A DNA stretch of 52,903 bases, from the IMG/VR virus record IMGVR_UViG_3300002026_002461, positions 1 through 52,903 of that record. One strand, written 5' to 3'. Position 1 is the stretch's first letter. Each line of letters opens with the position of its first letter. Position numbers and translations under genes: made by a program. Below the pieces are notes generated by a model, which was not told the DNA's origin, did not search any database, and worked only from the letters and a program-made list of their open reading frames with translations. This DNA is from a virus. Taxonomy: Duplodnaviria > Caudoviricetes. Shown here piece by piece: positions 20,329 through 28,916 of this stretch.

Positions 20329-21117
20329 TTAATCAACAAATTCTTCTAACACTTCCAAAGCAATTATATTTGAAAATAAAAACCGCTTAATTTGATTTCC
20401 TAAAATTTCCCAAGTGCTTCCTGCTATAGTCGGGGAAGAGTCAAAAGCTACAAAATAATCTCCACCGCTGCTAACTCTAATTGGATATCCCTCGCCAGGA
20501 GATGGTATTAATTTTCTAGGAGGCAAAACCTGTCCACTTTCTTTTGATTGATAAATAATCTGCATGGCTAAATTTCTCTGTTCTGCATATCTAACTTTAG
20601 CTCTATCATCTAAAACCATCATCGCTCTAGGATCTTGTTGTGTTTCGTTTCCGTCCTTATTTTCAGTTGGTGGATTTACAGCAGGCGGCGTAAGAGTAGG
20701 AGGAATTCCATCGGCTGTGGCTTCAGAATCAGGTGTAGGCATTGGAGTCATTTGAGCTTTTTTATTTAACCTATATTTTTTATCAGCTATTTCTAAACCA
20801 CCAATCTTATCGCCAATTCCAATATCATTCTTCTTAAACCATCCGCGATTAACTTCCAAAGCGTTTTTACAAGGTGAATTCGAACAAATCATTCGCGTAC
20901 TTAATGGAGACATCTCTGATATTTGCAGTATTACGCCATCATCATTTAAAAATGCGATATCTAATGGGATGTATGTTGACTTCATCCAGAATCTCAAATA
21001 ATCATCATGAGTAAATTTAAATAGCATTCCATTATTTTCGCCAAGAGACTTTCTATCCATAAGTCCTGTAGCTCTTTTAGAAGGTGTATCGGCTATTTCT
21101 ATTGATAATTTTTTCAT
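20329..21117 (-). CDS. DUF192 family protein fused to a WYL-like domain
   Basis: IEIADT..RATGLM.R...GMLF.F...FWMKSTYIPLDIAF...ALEVNRGWF is DUF192; C-terminal IIYQSK..RKLIP..FVAFD..IKRFLFSNI resembles WYL. Confidence 0.75.
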   Translation of the reverse strand: MKKLSIEIADTPSKRATGLMDRKSLGENNGMLFKFTHDDYLRFWMKSTYIPLDIAFLNDDGVILQISEMSPLSTRMICSNSPCKNALEVNRGWFKKNDIGIGDKIGGLEIADKKYRLNKKAQMTPMPTPDSEATADGIPPTLTPPAVNPPTENKDGNETQQDPRAMMVLDDRAKVRYAEQRNLAMQIIYQSKESGQVLPPRKLIPSPGEGYPIRVSSGGDYFVAFDSSPTIAGSTWEILGNQIKRFLFSNIIALEVLEEFVD

Positions 21118-21119
21118 TT

Positions 21120-21359
21120 TTATTGCCAAGCTATTCCGCTATCGTCTAATCCTTCTCTTAATTCTTCAGCGGCATCGTCATTCTCGCAATAAAAATGTAA
21201 TGCTCGTGAACCAATTTTATTTTTCATAGAGACTCCATATGGAACTTCTATTGTCGCGTCTCCGTTTTGGATTAAATTAAATTGTTTTTTGCTTAATTCG
21301 GCATAAATTTCGATTCCACTAGATTGTTTTTTATTTAATTCGACGTTTATTTCTTGCAT
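21120..21359 (-). CDS. Hypothetical protein
   Basis: 79-aa ORF tightly packed in the operon, AAGG SD. Confidence 0.6.
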   Translation of the reverse strand: MQEINVELNKKQSSGIEIYAELSKKQFNLIQNGDATIEVPYGVSMKNKIGSRALHFYCENDDAAEELREGLDDSGIAWQ

Positions 21360-21367
21360 ATTTAACC

Positions 21368-22150
21368 TTATGAGTTTTTCATTTGTTCCATCGCAGCTAT
21401 AGCATTATTTTTCATACTATCATAATTTTCAAATTCGCAAGGGATTCTAGTGTTTTTTGCATTTTGATTGTTTAAATACTCGCTCTCATAATATTTATCG
21501 ATATATAACTCCTGATTCCATTTGTCATAAGATATAGCAATCCAACACGTTCCCATAGCTTCGTCCATCATCTCAAACGAATGGTAATTGCTGGAAGTTT
21601 CAATCTTGCCATTTGGAAAATGCTCTTTCAAATCTTTCATTAATTTGGCTAACATAAGCATTTTATCAAGATCTGAAATATGTGCCGCCATAGTTAAAAG
21701 ATGAGAATATTCAGAATAAACGCCATCAGCAGCGATTCTATATCCTTTTTTACCTCTTTTATCCATACTTGCTAATATCTCAGTGTAGCTTTTTTCTTTT
21801 TTCTTGTTGAGGAAATTGTTACTTTCTCCCAATGACATTGTTTTTACTATTCCTTTTCCTCTTGAAGTAAATTTGACATTATCAGTTCCGCCACTTATAA
21901 GTCCTCTTGATTTAAGTCTTATAATAGTTTGATTATCTATATCCATTGATTTTATCTCAAATGTCTCATTATCTATCTTTTTAGCATTAAGCCATATATT
22001 CATTACATTGTCTGCGTCTGAATCAGTAACTCCGTATGACAATCCAGAAGCTTCTTTTGGCATATGATTGGCTAAAAAAGAAATATCAAGCAATCCATCG
22101 CTTTTTATTTTCTCTGTTGGTCCGTTAACTAATTGGATTGGTACAGGCAT
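21368..22150 (-). CDS. Hypothetical protein (possible winged-helix segment)
   Basis: Start reassigned to ATG 22150 (AAGGAG SD); RLKSRGLI...VKFTSRGK is wHTH-like; KEAS and RIAA motifs. Confidence 0.6.
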   Translation of the reverse strand: MPVPIQLVNGPTEKIKSDGLLDISFLANHMPKEASGLSYGVTDSDADNVMNIWLNAKKIDNETFEIKSMDIDNQTIIRLKSRGLISGGTDNVKFTSRGKGIVKTMSLGESNNFLNKKKEKSYTEILASMDKRGKKGYRIAADGVYSEYSHLLTMAAHISDLDKMLMLAKLMKDLKEHFPNGKIETSSNYHSFEMMDEAMGTCWIAISYDKWNQELYIDKYYESEYLNNQNAKNTRIPCEFENYDSMKNNAIAAMEQMKNS

Positions 22151-22151
22151 T

Positions 22152-22196
22152 TTATATCTCCTTAACTTTTCCATTTGCTGTTTTAACTAATTTCAT
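22152..22196 (-). pseudogene. 14-codon remnant of the array leader (MKLVKTANGKVKEI*)
   Basis: Own SD (AAGGAG) and ATG at 22196; matches the first 10 residues of the leader of the adjacent six genes. Confidence 0.7.
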
Positions 22197-22254
22197 TTAA
22201 TCTCCTTTAATGTTTTCTTAATCTTCCATAAACCAAAAGCATCAATTTTATAAG

Positions 22255-22608
22255 TTAGTTTAATTGTTGAATATAATTAGAAAGAGATGCTCCGTCTACA
22301 ATCCCACGAGACATTAAACCATTTGCAATTAAATCGTTCACCTCTTGTTCGGTAATATTCTTTTTGGTGATTGTGGCTTTTAACGATTTTAATATTTTAT
22401 TTTTTTGGTCAGGAGTCAATTGTGATACGCTTGTAAATAATTCTTGGGAAGCCTGTTGGACTTGTCCGGTATCTCCCATTTCAATTGTCCCCCTGCTTTG
22501 ATCAAATTGAGCCGATTTCATCCAACCCGCTTTTTTACCAATATTTGTCCATTCTTTCTTGGAAATCTTAATTGTTTGTTTACCACTTGCTGTTTTTACT
22601 AATTTCAT
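22255..22608 (-). CDS. Leader-array protein 6 (conserved leader + unique cargo)
   Basis: Start reassigned to ATG 22608 (AAGGAG SD): MKLVKTASGKQTIKISKKEWTNIGKKAGWMKSAQ. Confidence 0.85.
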   Translation of the reverse strand: MKLVKTASGKQTIKISKKEWTNIGKKAGWMKSAQFDQSRGTIEMGDTGQVQQASQELFTSVSQLTPDQKNKILKSLKATITKKNITEQEVNDLIANGLMSRGIVDGASLSNYIQQLN

Positions 22609-22621
22609 AACACTCCTTATT

Positions 22622-22921
22622 CTATTTAATGTTCCAAGAAACCCACTCTGCAAACTCGTCAATTCGCCGTTCTAGTTCTAATTTTACACTATGTTCCATA
22701 TTGCCTTGGAGAATTCCTTCAGCTAAAATTAAATATTGAATTTTCCCTTTAAGTTTGTTTTTTATAATATTTTGTTGTTGCTCTTCTTCAATACCCGCCC
22801 ACATTTCATCATCGGTTTGTTGTGCCTCTTTCATCCATCCAGCTTTCTTGCCGATATCTGTCCACTCTTTCTTGGATATCTTAATCGTTTGTTTTCCACT
22901 CGCTGTTTTTACTAATTTCAT
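22622..22921 (-). CDS. Leader-array protein 5
   Basis: MKLVKTASGKQTIKISKKEWTDIGKKAGWMKEAQ + unique ~65 aa; AAGGAG SD. Confidence 0.85.
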   Translation of the reverse strand: MKLVKTASGKQTIKISKKEWTDIGKKAGWMKEAQQTDDEMWAGIEEEQQQNIIKNKLKGKIQYLILAEGILQGNMEHSVKLELERRIDEFAEWVSWNIK

Positions 22922-22941
22922 TTCATTCTCCTTTTAACTTT

Positions 22942-23361
22942 TTAAAAATCTGTTGTTTCCGTCAAATCAGCCCTGTCTGTTGACAAATCATTACTAATAT
23001 TTTGTGGATTTGTAGCGTCATGAATTGTGTTTAGTGGGCTTATCCAAAACTGAAGTCTATCTTTTAAAGTCTTATAAATACGATATAGTTTTCTTGCATC
23101 TTCTTTGTTTATTTTTTTAGTTACAGACCCTATTCCAAGAGTATCGGAACCGACTTCTCTCGCAATAATTTCAAGCTTAATTCTACCCTCTTCAATTCCG
23201 TCATATAGCGACTGAGATATTGTTTGCACTTCAGATATCTCTTTTTGAACGTTTGCAAATTGAGCCTTTTTCATCCATCCCGCTTTTTTACCAATATCTG
23301 TCCACTCTTTCTTGGAAATCTTTATTGTTTGTTTACCACTTGCTGTTTTTATTAATTTCAT
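22942..23361 (-). CDS. Leader-array protein 4
   Basis: MKLIKTASGKQTIKISKKEWTDIGKKAGWMKKAQ + unique ~105 aa. Confidence 0.85.
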   Translation of the reverse strand: MKLIKTASGKQTIKISKKEWTDIGKKAGWMKKAQFANVQKEISEVQTISQSLYDGIEEGRIKLEIIAREVGSDTLGIGSVTKKINKEDARKLYRIYKTLKDRLQFWISPLNTIHDATNPQNISNDLSTDRADLTETTDF

Positions 23362-23371
23362 AATATTATCC

Positions 23372-23683
23372 TTATTCTCTTGGATTTAGAGCGTTTTTGA
23401 AATCGGGCTCAACTACTTGTTTTTTTGGGTTAGAACTTTCCTGTTTTATTCTCTCTATTATTTTATTAGTTATATTTGGTCCAATAAATGAAGAAATTAA
23501 ATCTATAAAATCTTGCCCATTTATATTTCTCAAGCCATCTTCAATCTGAGACAAATGAGAAGATAAGCTAATAGGTTCTGACATAGCCTCTTTCATCCAT
23601 CCAGCTTTTTTGCCGATATCTGTCCATTCTGATTTAGACATCTTAATTGTTTGTTTACCACTAGCTGTTTTTACTATCTTCAT
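23372..23683 (-). CDS. Leader-array protein 3
   Basis: MKIVKTASGKQTIKMSKSEWTDIGKKAGWMKEAM + unique ~70 aa; GGAGG SD. Confidence 0.85.
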   Translation of the reverse strand: MKIVKTASGKQTIKMSKSEWTDIGKKAGWMKEAMSEPISLSSHLSQIEDGLRNINGQDFIDLISSFIGPNITNKIIERIKQESSNPKKQVVEPDFKNALNPRE

Positions 23684-23733
23684 AATTCCCCTCCCGTTTT
23701 TAATATTGTTTCTCGCTCAGCATTCAATAAATA

Positions 23734-24090
23734 TTACATCAAATTAATAGTTACGCCATTATCGTTTACGTTCCAATCTTTAACACTATCCTCAGATACA
23801 TATATCATCCCCTGCTCTAGTTTAATGCCAAATGCACGATATTCTGACGGTTCACTATGAATCTTAAATTTAGTAAAAGTTCCATGTATACGAGGACTTG
23901 TTATAGTTATGGTATCTGTTGATCTTGCAGCAGCTTCTAATTTGCGAAAATTATCATCTCCCGTATATCCACCTCTATCTTCTATGGAGTCTCGAAGATC
24001 GTCCCAACCCGCTTTTTTACCAATAGAAGTCCATTCTTTCTTGGAAATCTTTATTGTTTGTTTTCCACTTGCAGTTTTAACTAATTTCAT
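23734..24090 (-). CDS. Leader-array protein 2
   Basis: MKLVKTASGKQTIKISKKEWTSIGKKAGW + unique ~89 aa; GAGG SD. Confidence 0.85.
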   Translation of the reverse strand: MKLVKTASGKQTIKISKKEWTSIGKKAGWDDLRDSIEDRGGYTGDDNFRKLEAAARSTDTITITSPRIHGTFTKFKIHSEPSEYRAFGIKLEQGMIYVSEDSVKDWNVNDNGVTINLM

Positions 24091-24126
24091 AAATATTACC
24101 TCGCCATTTAATTTGTTATTTTTTGA

Positions 24127-24396
24127 TTATTTCGATTTTACCATATGATCGGTCTTATATTTACATTTTGGACACCAATCCTCTCCCTGTTTCCCCACTG
24201 AAAATTTTCTTGGTTGCATTTCAACTTGAAACTTAGGTAGATTTTTTTTATTCCCGCACGTTTGACACACCCATTCTCTATCGGTCATCATTTCTACTTC
24301 TGCCATTTTCATCCAACCTGCTTTTTTACCGATTGATTGCCACTCTTTCTTTGACAAAACCAATTTCTGTTTCTTGTTTGCCGTCACAATTTTCAT
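24127..24396 (-). CDS. Leader-array protein 1 (Zn-ribbon cargo)
   Basis: MKIVTANKKQKLVLSKKEWQSIGKKAGWMKMAE + CQTC...CPKC; AAGGAG SD. Confidence 0.85.
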   Translation of the reverse strand: MKIVTANKKQKLVLSKKEWQSIGKKAGWMKMAEVEMMTDREWVCQTCGNKKNLPKFQVEMQPRKFSVGKQGEDWCPKCKYKTDHMVKSK

Positions 24397-24404
24397 AATT
24401 CTCC

Positions 24405-26846
24405 TTATTCTATTTTCTTAATCTTCCACAACCCGAACGCATCAAATAACTTGTCCGCCTCATATTTACCTTCATCCTTTATACTCTCTCTAGCAAACAA
24501 TAATTCAAAATCAGTATATTGACCTTTAAATAATCTTCCACCATATGATATCATTGTCCTTTCTAAATCTGCATCTATTTTCATTTTATACTTCAAAACC
24601 AACTTCAAAGCCCGAAGAATTAAAATTGGATTATTCTTGATAATAGCTTCTGATTTCAAAAGAGTCTCAACCGTCTTATTTCTCATGGCACCTTTGGCAA
24701 CCTTAAACGGGTCTAATATCTCTTTGCTGGAAACGTTATAAACAAACATATTTATAGTAAAATCTCTGTTTAATAAATCAATCATTATCTGATTGTTATT
24801 TTTAACTTTCAACAATGAAAGACGAGCTATCTCTTCCTTTTTATTGACCAAACTAAACTCAACCTTAACTCCTTTATAAGCAAAAGTTAATTTCGTGTTA
24901 ATTTCTGGAGTTATACCAAGAGTATCAGCCAATAATTGACCAACTTTTGCATTTTTAAAAGGAGACTCAGTGGAAAAATCAAGTTCCTCTACATCAGGTT
25001 TATCGTTTCCATACGCCCTTTCTCTAGCATATGTTCCTATAACACACAAATCGTCAATCCCATACTTTTTACTAATTAAAGCGGCTGCATTTACTATCTC
25101 TTCAACTACATTGACCCTATAACTGGAAAAACCAAGCAAATCTTCAACCAAATCAGCTAAAGCATCTGGAGCGGCTGACATTTGAAATTTTCCTTCTGCT
25201 TTTTTCAAAGTTCCAGAATCAACAGAAGGATCTACAATCCAAACTGCATAAATAGACTCATTTTGCTCTGTCTTGCCAAATTTAAAAGCCTTTATATTAA
25301 CGCCTTCGCACCCTACAGTCTTTCGTACAAATTGGTATATATCGCTCGTTATGATAAGTCTTGACGCTTTCATTTTGCCAGACAATATCCTATCCTTAAT
25401 GGTTTCCAAAATATTAAGCATTTTTGGCATATCCGATTCAGAATCAATTTGAGCAAACCTTTTGGCAGGATGAGTATTCGATAAATCTTGCGTCATATCA
25501 TCCCACAATTGCGGCTTAAATCGTGGTTCAATCCATCTATAATAAAACCCCTTCAAGTCATAAGATGGATTATAACGGGGCTGCTCCCTTATCTCTGATT
25601 CTTCCGCACTGAATGATTCATCTCTATCATCCCATTTCATTACCCTATCGCCCATCCCTTGAAGCGTAGATCCATCAGAAATATCAAGATTGTTATACCA
25701 TCCGAACAATGTTGCTTCTTTTTTGATTTTAGAAGCCGTCTTTTCTAATGGAACCATAATAGGCTGAGGTCTACGTTCTTCCATTAATTGTTCTAATGTC
25801 TTATAACCTTGCGTACTGTCTCTATCTTTCGCCAATAATTCTTCATAAATCAACGAAGCATCTGGAACGCAATCCCCCGCCGTCTGTCTTCTAAGCTGTT
25901 CTTCTATAGTTTGATGTTCTTGAACCAACCCTTTCGCTAACGGCCATACAAACCCTCTCCCTAATCTGTTTTCAATAGGTTCTTTTTGGTTTTGTTGCAT
26001 CATCATACCCCAATCTGCTAAATTACCGTCACCAGTTGGAATTTTCCCTCCTCTCCCTGACAAATCAGATCCTGTCGGTTTATTCCTAATATGGCTTGGG
26101 ATATAATTCATATATTGAGCAAAACGATACCAGCTTTTATTCTTGGCTAAAGTAGAATTACCTACTGGCATTTCTTCTCCAGACTCATCCTTATACTTCT
26201 GTTTAATTATTGGCATAGTTGAATTAACGAAATCGCGTTCTCTACCCTCAGAAGCCCCCTCGTCGCCGCCTCTCGAATGTTCCCACTCATGAATTATTGT
26301 TGCGCCTAATTCTAGCATAGTTAACATATCCCATAACAGTTGAGGGTTTGAAATAGGAACGCCTGCATTTTCGGCAGCTGCTATTAATTGTTTCATATTT
26401 TCTTCAGTTGAGCTTTTAACTTTGTTCATATTAACGCCAAGCACTTCACTCTTGCCTGCATTTATACGATCCCACAATTGTTTTATCTCGTCTTTGATTT
26501 TTTCATTGTCTTCTTCAGAACCGTCTTTCGGATAGGCAACCATCATCCCGTTCTCTTCTTTAACTTCGTAATTTCTTTGTTCCAACTGTTTTTTAAGTTC
26601 ATTTGTTTTAACTTCTTCAACTAATGCTGGAATATAAACTCCGTAAGCTCCTTGATTAGAAAAGTCAAAAATATAAGAAACTTCCCTAGATATATCTGGG
26701 GCGTACTGATAAACAAGATTCATTACATCTGATGTTCTTGAAAAAGAAGATGATAGTTGTGAAAAGTCAACGCCTCCACCGGGTCTATATGTTGGCATAG
26801 TTCCTTGATAATACTCTGAATAATTACTTTGAGATTTCTTTTGCAT
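24405..26846 (-). CDS. Multidomain protein: HExxH domain + C-terminal CCA-adding/poly(A) polymerase-like nucleotidyltransferase
   Basis: IIHEWEH; C-terminal VIGTYARE..EELDF, DLLNRDFTINM, NPILILRAL match diverged class II nucleotidyltransferase motifs. Confidence 0.7.
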   Translation of the reverse strand: MQKKSQSNYSEYYQGTMPTYRPGGGVDFSQLSSSFSRTSDVMNLVYQYAPDISREVSYIFDFSNQGAYGVYIPALVEEVKTNELKKQLEQRNYEVKEENGMMVAYPKDGSEEDNEKIKDEIKQLWDRINAGKSEVLGVNMNKVKSSTEENMKQLIAAAENAGVPISNPQLLWDMLTMLELGATIIHEWEHSRGGDEGASEGRERDFVNSTMPIIKQKYKDESGEEMPVGNSTLAKNKSWYRFAQYMNYIPSHIRNKPTGSDLSGRGGKIPTGDGNLADWGMMMQQNQKEPIENRLGRGFVWPLAKGLVQEHQTIEEQLRRQTAGDCVPDASLIYEELLAKDRDSTQGYKTLEQLMEERRPQPIMVPLEKTASKIKKEATLFGWYNNLDISDGSTLQGMGDRVMKWDDRDESFSAEESEIREQPRYNPSYDLKGFYYRWIEPRFKPQLWDDMTQDLSNTHPAKRFAQIDSESDMPKMLNILETIKDRILSGKMKASRLIITSDIYQFVRKTVGCEGVNIKAFKFGKTEQNESIYAVWIVDPSVDSGTLKKAEGKFQMSAAPDALADLVEDLLGFSSYRVNVVEEIVNAAALISKKYGIDDLCVIGTYARERAYGNDKPDVEELDFSTESPFKNAKVGQLLADTLGITPEINTKLTFAYKGVKVEFSLVNKKEEIARLSLLKVKNNNQIMIDLLNRDFTINMFVYNVSSKEILDPFKVAKGAMRNKTVETLLKSEAIIKNNPILILRALKLVLKYKMKIDADLERTMISYGGRLFKGQYTDFELLFARESIKDEGKYEADKLFDAFGLWKIKKIE

Positions 26847-26890
26847 AATATTTATTTTCTATTTTTCCTTTGAATTATCCTTTGAAACAA

Positions 26891-26924
26891 AAAAGCGACA
26901 AATTAATATTAATTTGTCGCTTTT
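26891..26924. terminator. Intrinsic terminator (perfect palindrome)
   Basis: AAAAGCGACAAATTAAT-ATTAATTTGTCGCTTTT. Confidence 0.8.
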
Positions 26925-26939
26925 GAAATATTTTTACTT

Positions 26940-27131
26940 TTACTGTTCGCTTATTCTAATTAAATCTTCGCCCAATTTTTTAATTTGCTCTTTTGTTAGT
27001 TCAATAATAATATTTGTCCAACCACTGTTAGATTTTTCACATTTTATATCCATTACCATACCAACACCAACAGTTTTTTCATACGATTTATCAACCAATC
27101 TAATCTGAAAACTATCTCCTACTACTTCCAT
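26940..27131 (-). CDS. Hypothetical protein
   Basis: 63 aa, GAGGAGG SD, abuts the upstream gene. Confidence 0.6.
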   Translation of the reverse strand: MEVVGDSFQIRLVDKSYEKTVGVGMVMDIKCEKSNSGWTNIIIELTKEQIKKLGEDLIRISEQ

Positions 27132-27482
27132 CTAATCCTCCTCGTTCGCTTCTAGTAATTTTGAATAATCGTTAATCAAACTCAAAAATATTTCTTTTGC
27201 ATATTTCTGGTCTTCAAAATTCCCAATCATAATTTCAACCAATGGATGTTGTTTTTCAATATCTTCTATGACTACTTTCATAGATTCAATAGCTGCGTAT
27301 ACAATTGATTTATCGTCATCTTCGTACTTATGCATTCCTTCTAATAACCAATATTTTAATGTTTCTTCTCTAAAATATGAGCGATTCTTTCCGCTGATTG
27401 GGATATTTAATAATTCGTGTATAAAATAACAGTCTAAATCTTTCAAACTATCTTTTAAATCATATATGTTGGATTTTTCCAT
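27132..27482 (-). CDS. Hypothetical protein
   Basis: 116 aa in a packed operon. Confidence 0.6.
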   Translation of the reverse strand: MEKSNIYDLKDSLKDLDCYFIHELLNIPISGKNRSYFREETLKYWLLEGMHKYEDDDKSIVYAAIESMKVVIEDIEKQHPLVEIMIGNFEDQKYAKEIFLSLINDYSKLLEANEED

Positions 27483-27485
27483 AAT

Positions 27486-27809
27486 TTACACCCCATAACC
27501 CAAATGCAATTCTTTTTGTTTTGCAGAACCTTCTTCCTCTTCTCCAAAACCACCGACAGGACGATAAGATTTGCCTTTTTTAGCTTGCTTCTCTTCAAAA
27601 TACTCAGATGTCTTGCCAGAATCACCAGCGACAGCTAACTCTCCAAAACCAGGAATTTCGGCATTTAAAAGATCTTGTACGATTTCATCATCAATTCCAT
27701 CACCACAAGAGCTGCCTCCCTGATGACTTAATATCTTGGCTGAATAGCTTCCATTTTTCTTATTTACCGTCAAACGGACTACAACATCGCTCATAATGCT
27801 CCTTGTCAA
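27486..27809 (-). CDS. Hypothetical protein, possibly DUF2997-like
   Basis: VRLTVNKKNG...GSSC...L...G......TSEYF pattern; likely start at the second Met (AGGAG SD). Confidence 0.45.
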   Translation of the reverse strand: MTRSIMSDVVVRLTVNKKNGSYSAKILSHQGGSSCGDGIDDEIVQDLLNAEIPGFGELAVAGDSGKTSEYFEEKQAKKGKSYRPVGGFGEEEEGSAKQKELHLGYGV

Positions 27810-27824
27810 TGAATTATTTCTATA

Positions 27825-28880
27825 TTATTCTGTAACTATATTATTTATTATACAGAAATTTCGTATATAAACCGATGGCAAACCTACGTTTAATCCATAT
27901 TCTCCGTTTTGAGCAACAATAGAAGTTAATACACCTACAACCTTGCCGCTACTAACATTCACTATAGGACCGCCACTATTACCGTGAAAAACAGGTGCAT
28001 CAATGAAAAAATACTTTGGAGCACCACGATGTCCATATATTTGTTTGCCAATTGACCCAATATTACCAAATGAAACATTGTTCTCGAAACCATGTGGACT
28101 GCCTATCGTTAATATATCGTCGCCAACCTGCATTGAATCAACATCTAGTTTGAATGGAGCTAAATCTATATCTGCTTGTAAAATAGCAAGATCCAAAGAG
28201 CCATTTATTGCAATTACATTGGCGGGAACTTTCATCCCATTTTGAATTATGCTTATCTGCAATCTTTCAGAATAATCAATGGAATCAAAATTGTTTTCAA
28301 CGTTTTTGTCATATTTTATAACAACATGAGCACAAGTAACAAATACATTAGGAGCTACACAAAACGCCGCTCCAGTTTCTTTAATGGAACTTTGAGTGTC
28401 TATCGATTCAACTTTAAATGTTTTTTTCAATGACAAAGATACCGTTTGGGAACGATCTTGAGTTTGAGCTACTTTCTCAACCCATTTTATAGGAATCCCT
28501 TTCTGTTTCATTTTTTCACGGAATTCCTGAACTAAAGCGAAAGATGGGAACGTTTTAGAACCACCAGGCACTCTGACCTCCCACTTTTCAGTTTGATCAA
28601 TTAACGGTCTAGTCATTTTTGTCAATATTTCAAAATCCCTTTCACGACGTTTATATAAATCGCCTTCTTCTACAAATGAATGAGAAATATCTTCGCCTTT
28701 GCCCCAATTGCCGTTTGCATCGGGAATTTTATATGTGCTACCGTCAAGAATATCTTGAATTGTTGTTACATTATTGGTAGGTATTACAGATTTGTTAGTA
28801 GCTGGAGAAAGACCTGTGCCTGGAGCGATTATCTCTGGCATAAATGTTCTAGCGGTTTTTTGAATTCTAATGGTCCTCAT
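27825..28880 (-). CDS. Trypsin-like serine protease
   Basis: VTCAHVV (His), DLAIL (Asp), HGNSGGP (Ser); N-terminal extension with QKTAR and EKVAQ motifs. Confidence 0.9.
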   Translation of the reverse strand: MRTIRIQKTARTFMPEIIAPGTGLSPATNKSVIPTNNVTTIQDILDGSTYKIPDANGNWGKGEDISHSFVEEGDLYKRRERDFEILTKMTRPLIDQTEKWEVRVPGGSKTFPSFALVQEFREKMKQKGIPIKWVEKVAQTQDRSQTVSLSLKKTFKVESIDTQSSIKETGAAFCVAPNVFVTCAHVVIKYDKNVENNFDSIDYSERLQISIIQNGMKVPANVIAINGSLDLAILQADIDLAPFKLDVDSMQVGDDILTIGSPHGFENNVSFGNIGSIGKQIYGHRGAPKYFFIDAPVFHGNSGGPIVNVSSGKVVGVLTSIVAQNGEYGLNVGLPSVYIRNFCIINNIVTE

Positions 28881-28916
28881 GATGAATATATTTCAATTTA
28901 TCAATAGAAAAACCTT

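Larger units (their letters stand above)
22510..24396 (-). repeat. Six dispersed ~90-100 bp coding direct repeats (leader)
   Basis: Copies at about 22510-22608, 22823-22921, 23263-23361, 23585-23683, 24003-24090 and 24300-24396; many differences are synonymous. Confidence 0.9.

Noticed and set aside
22152-24396. CRISPR array or non-coding repeat interpretation of the periodic repeats
   Set aside because: Repeats are ~100 bp, in-frame at gene starts, vary at synonymous positions and are separated by 200-350 bp of coding sequence.
22152-24396. Diversity-generating retroelement, integron or shufflon
   Set aside because: No reverse transcriptase or recombinase in the window, no adenine-specific TR/VR pair, and no attC-like palindromes or inverted sites seen.
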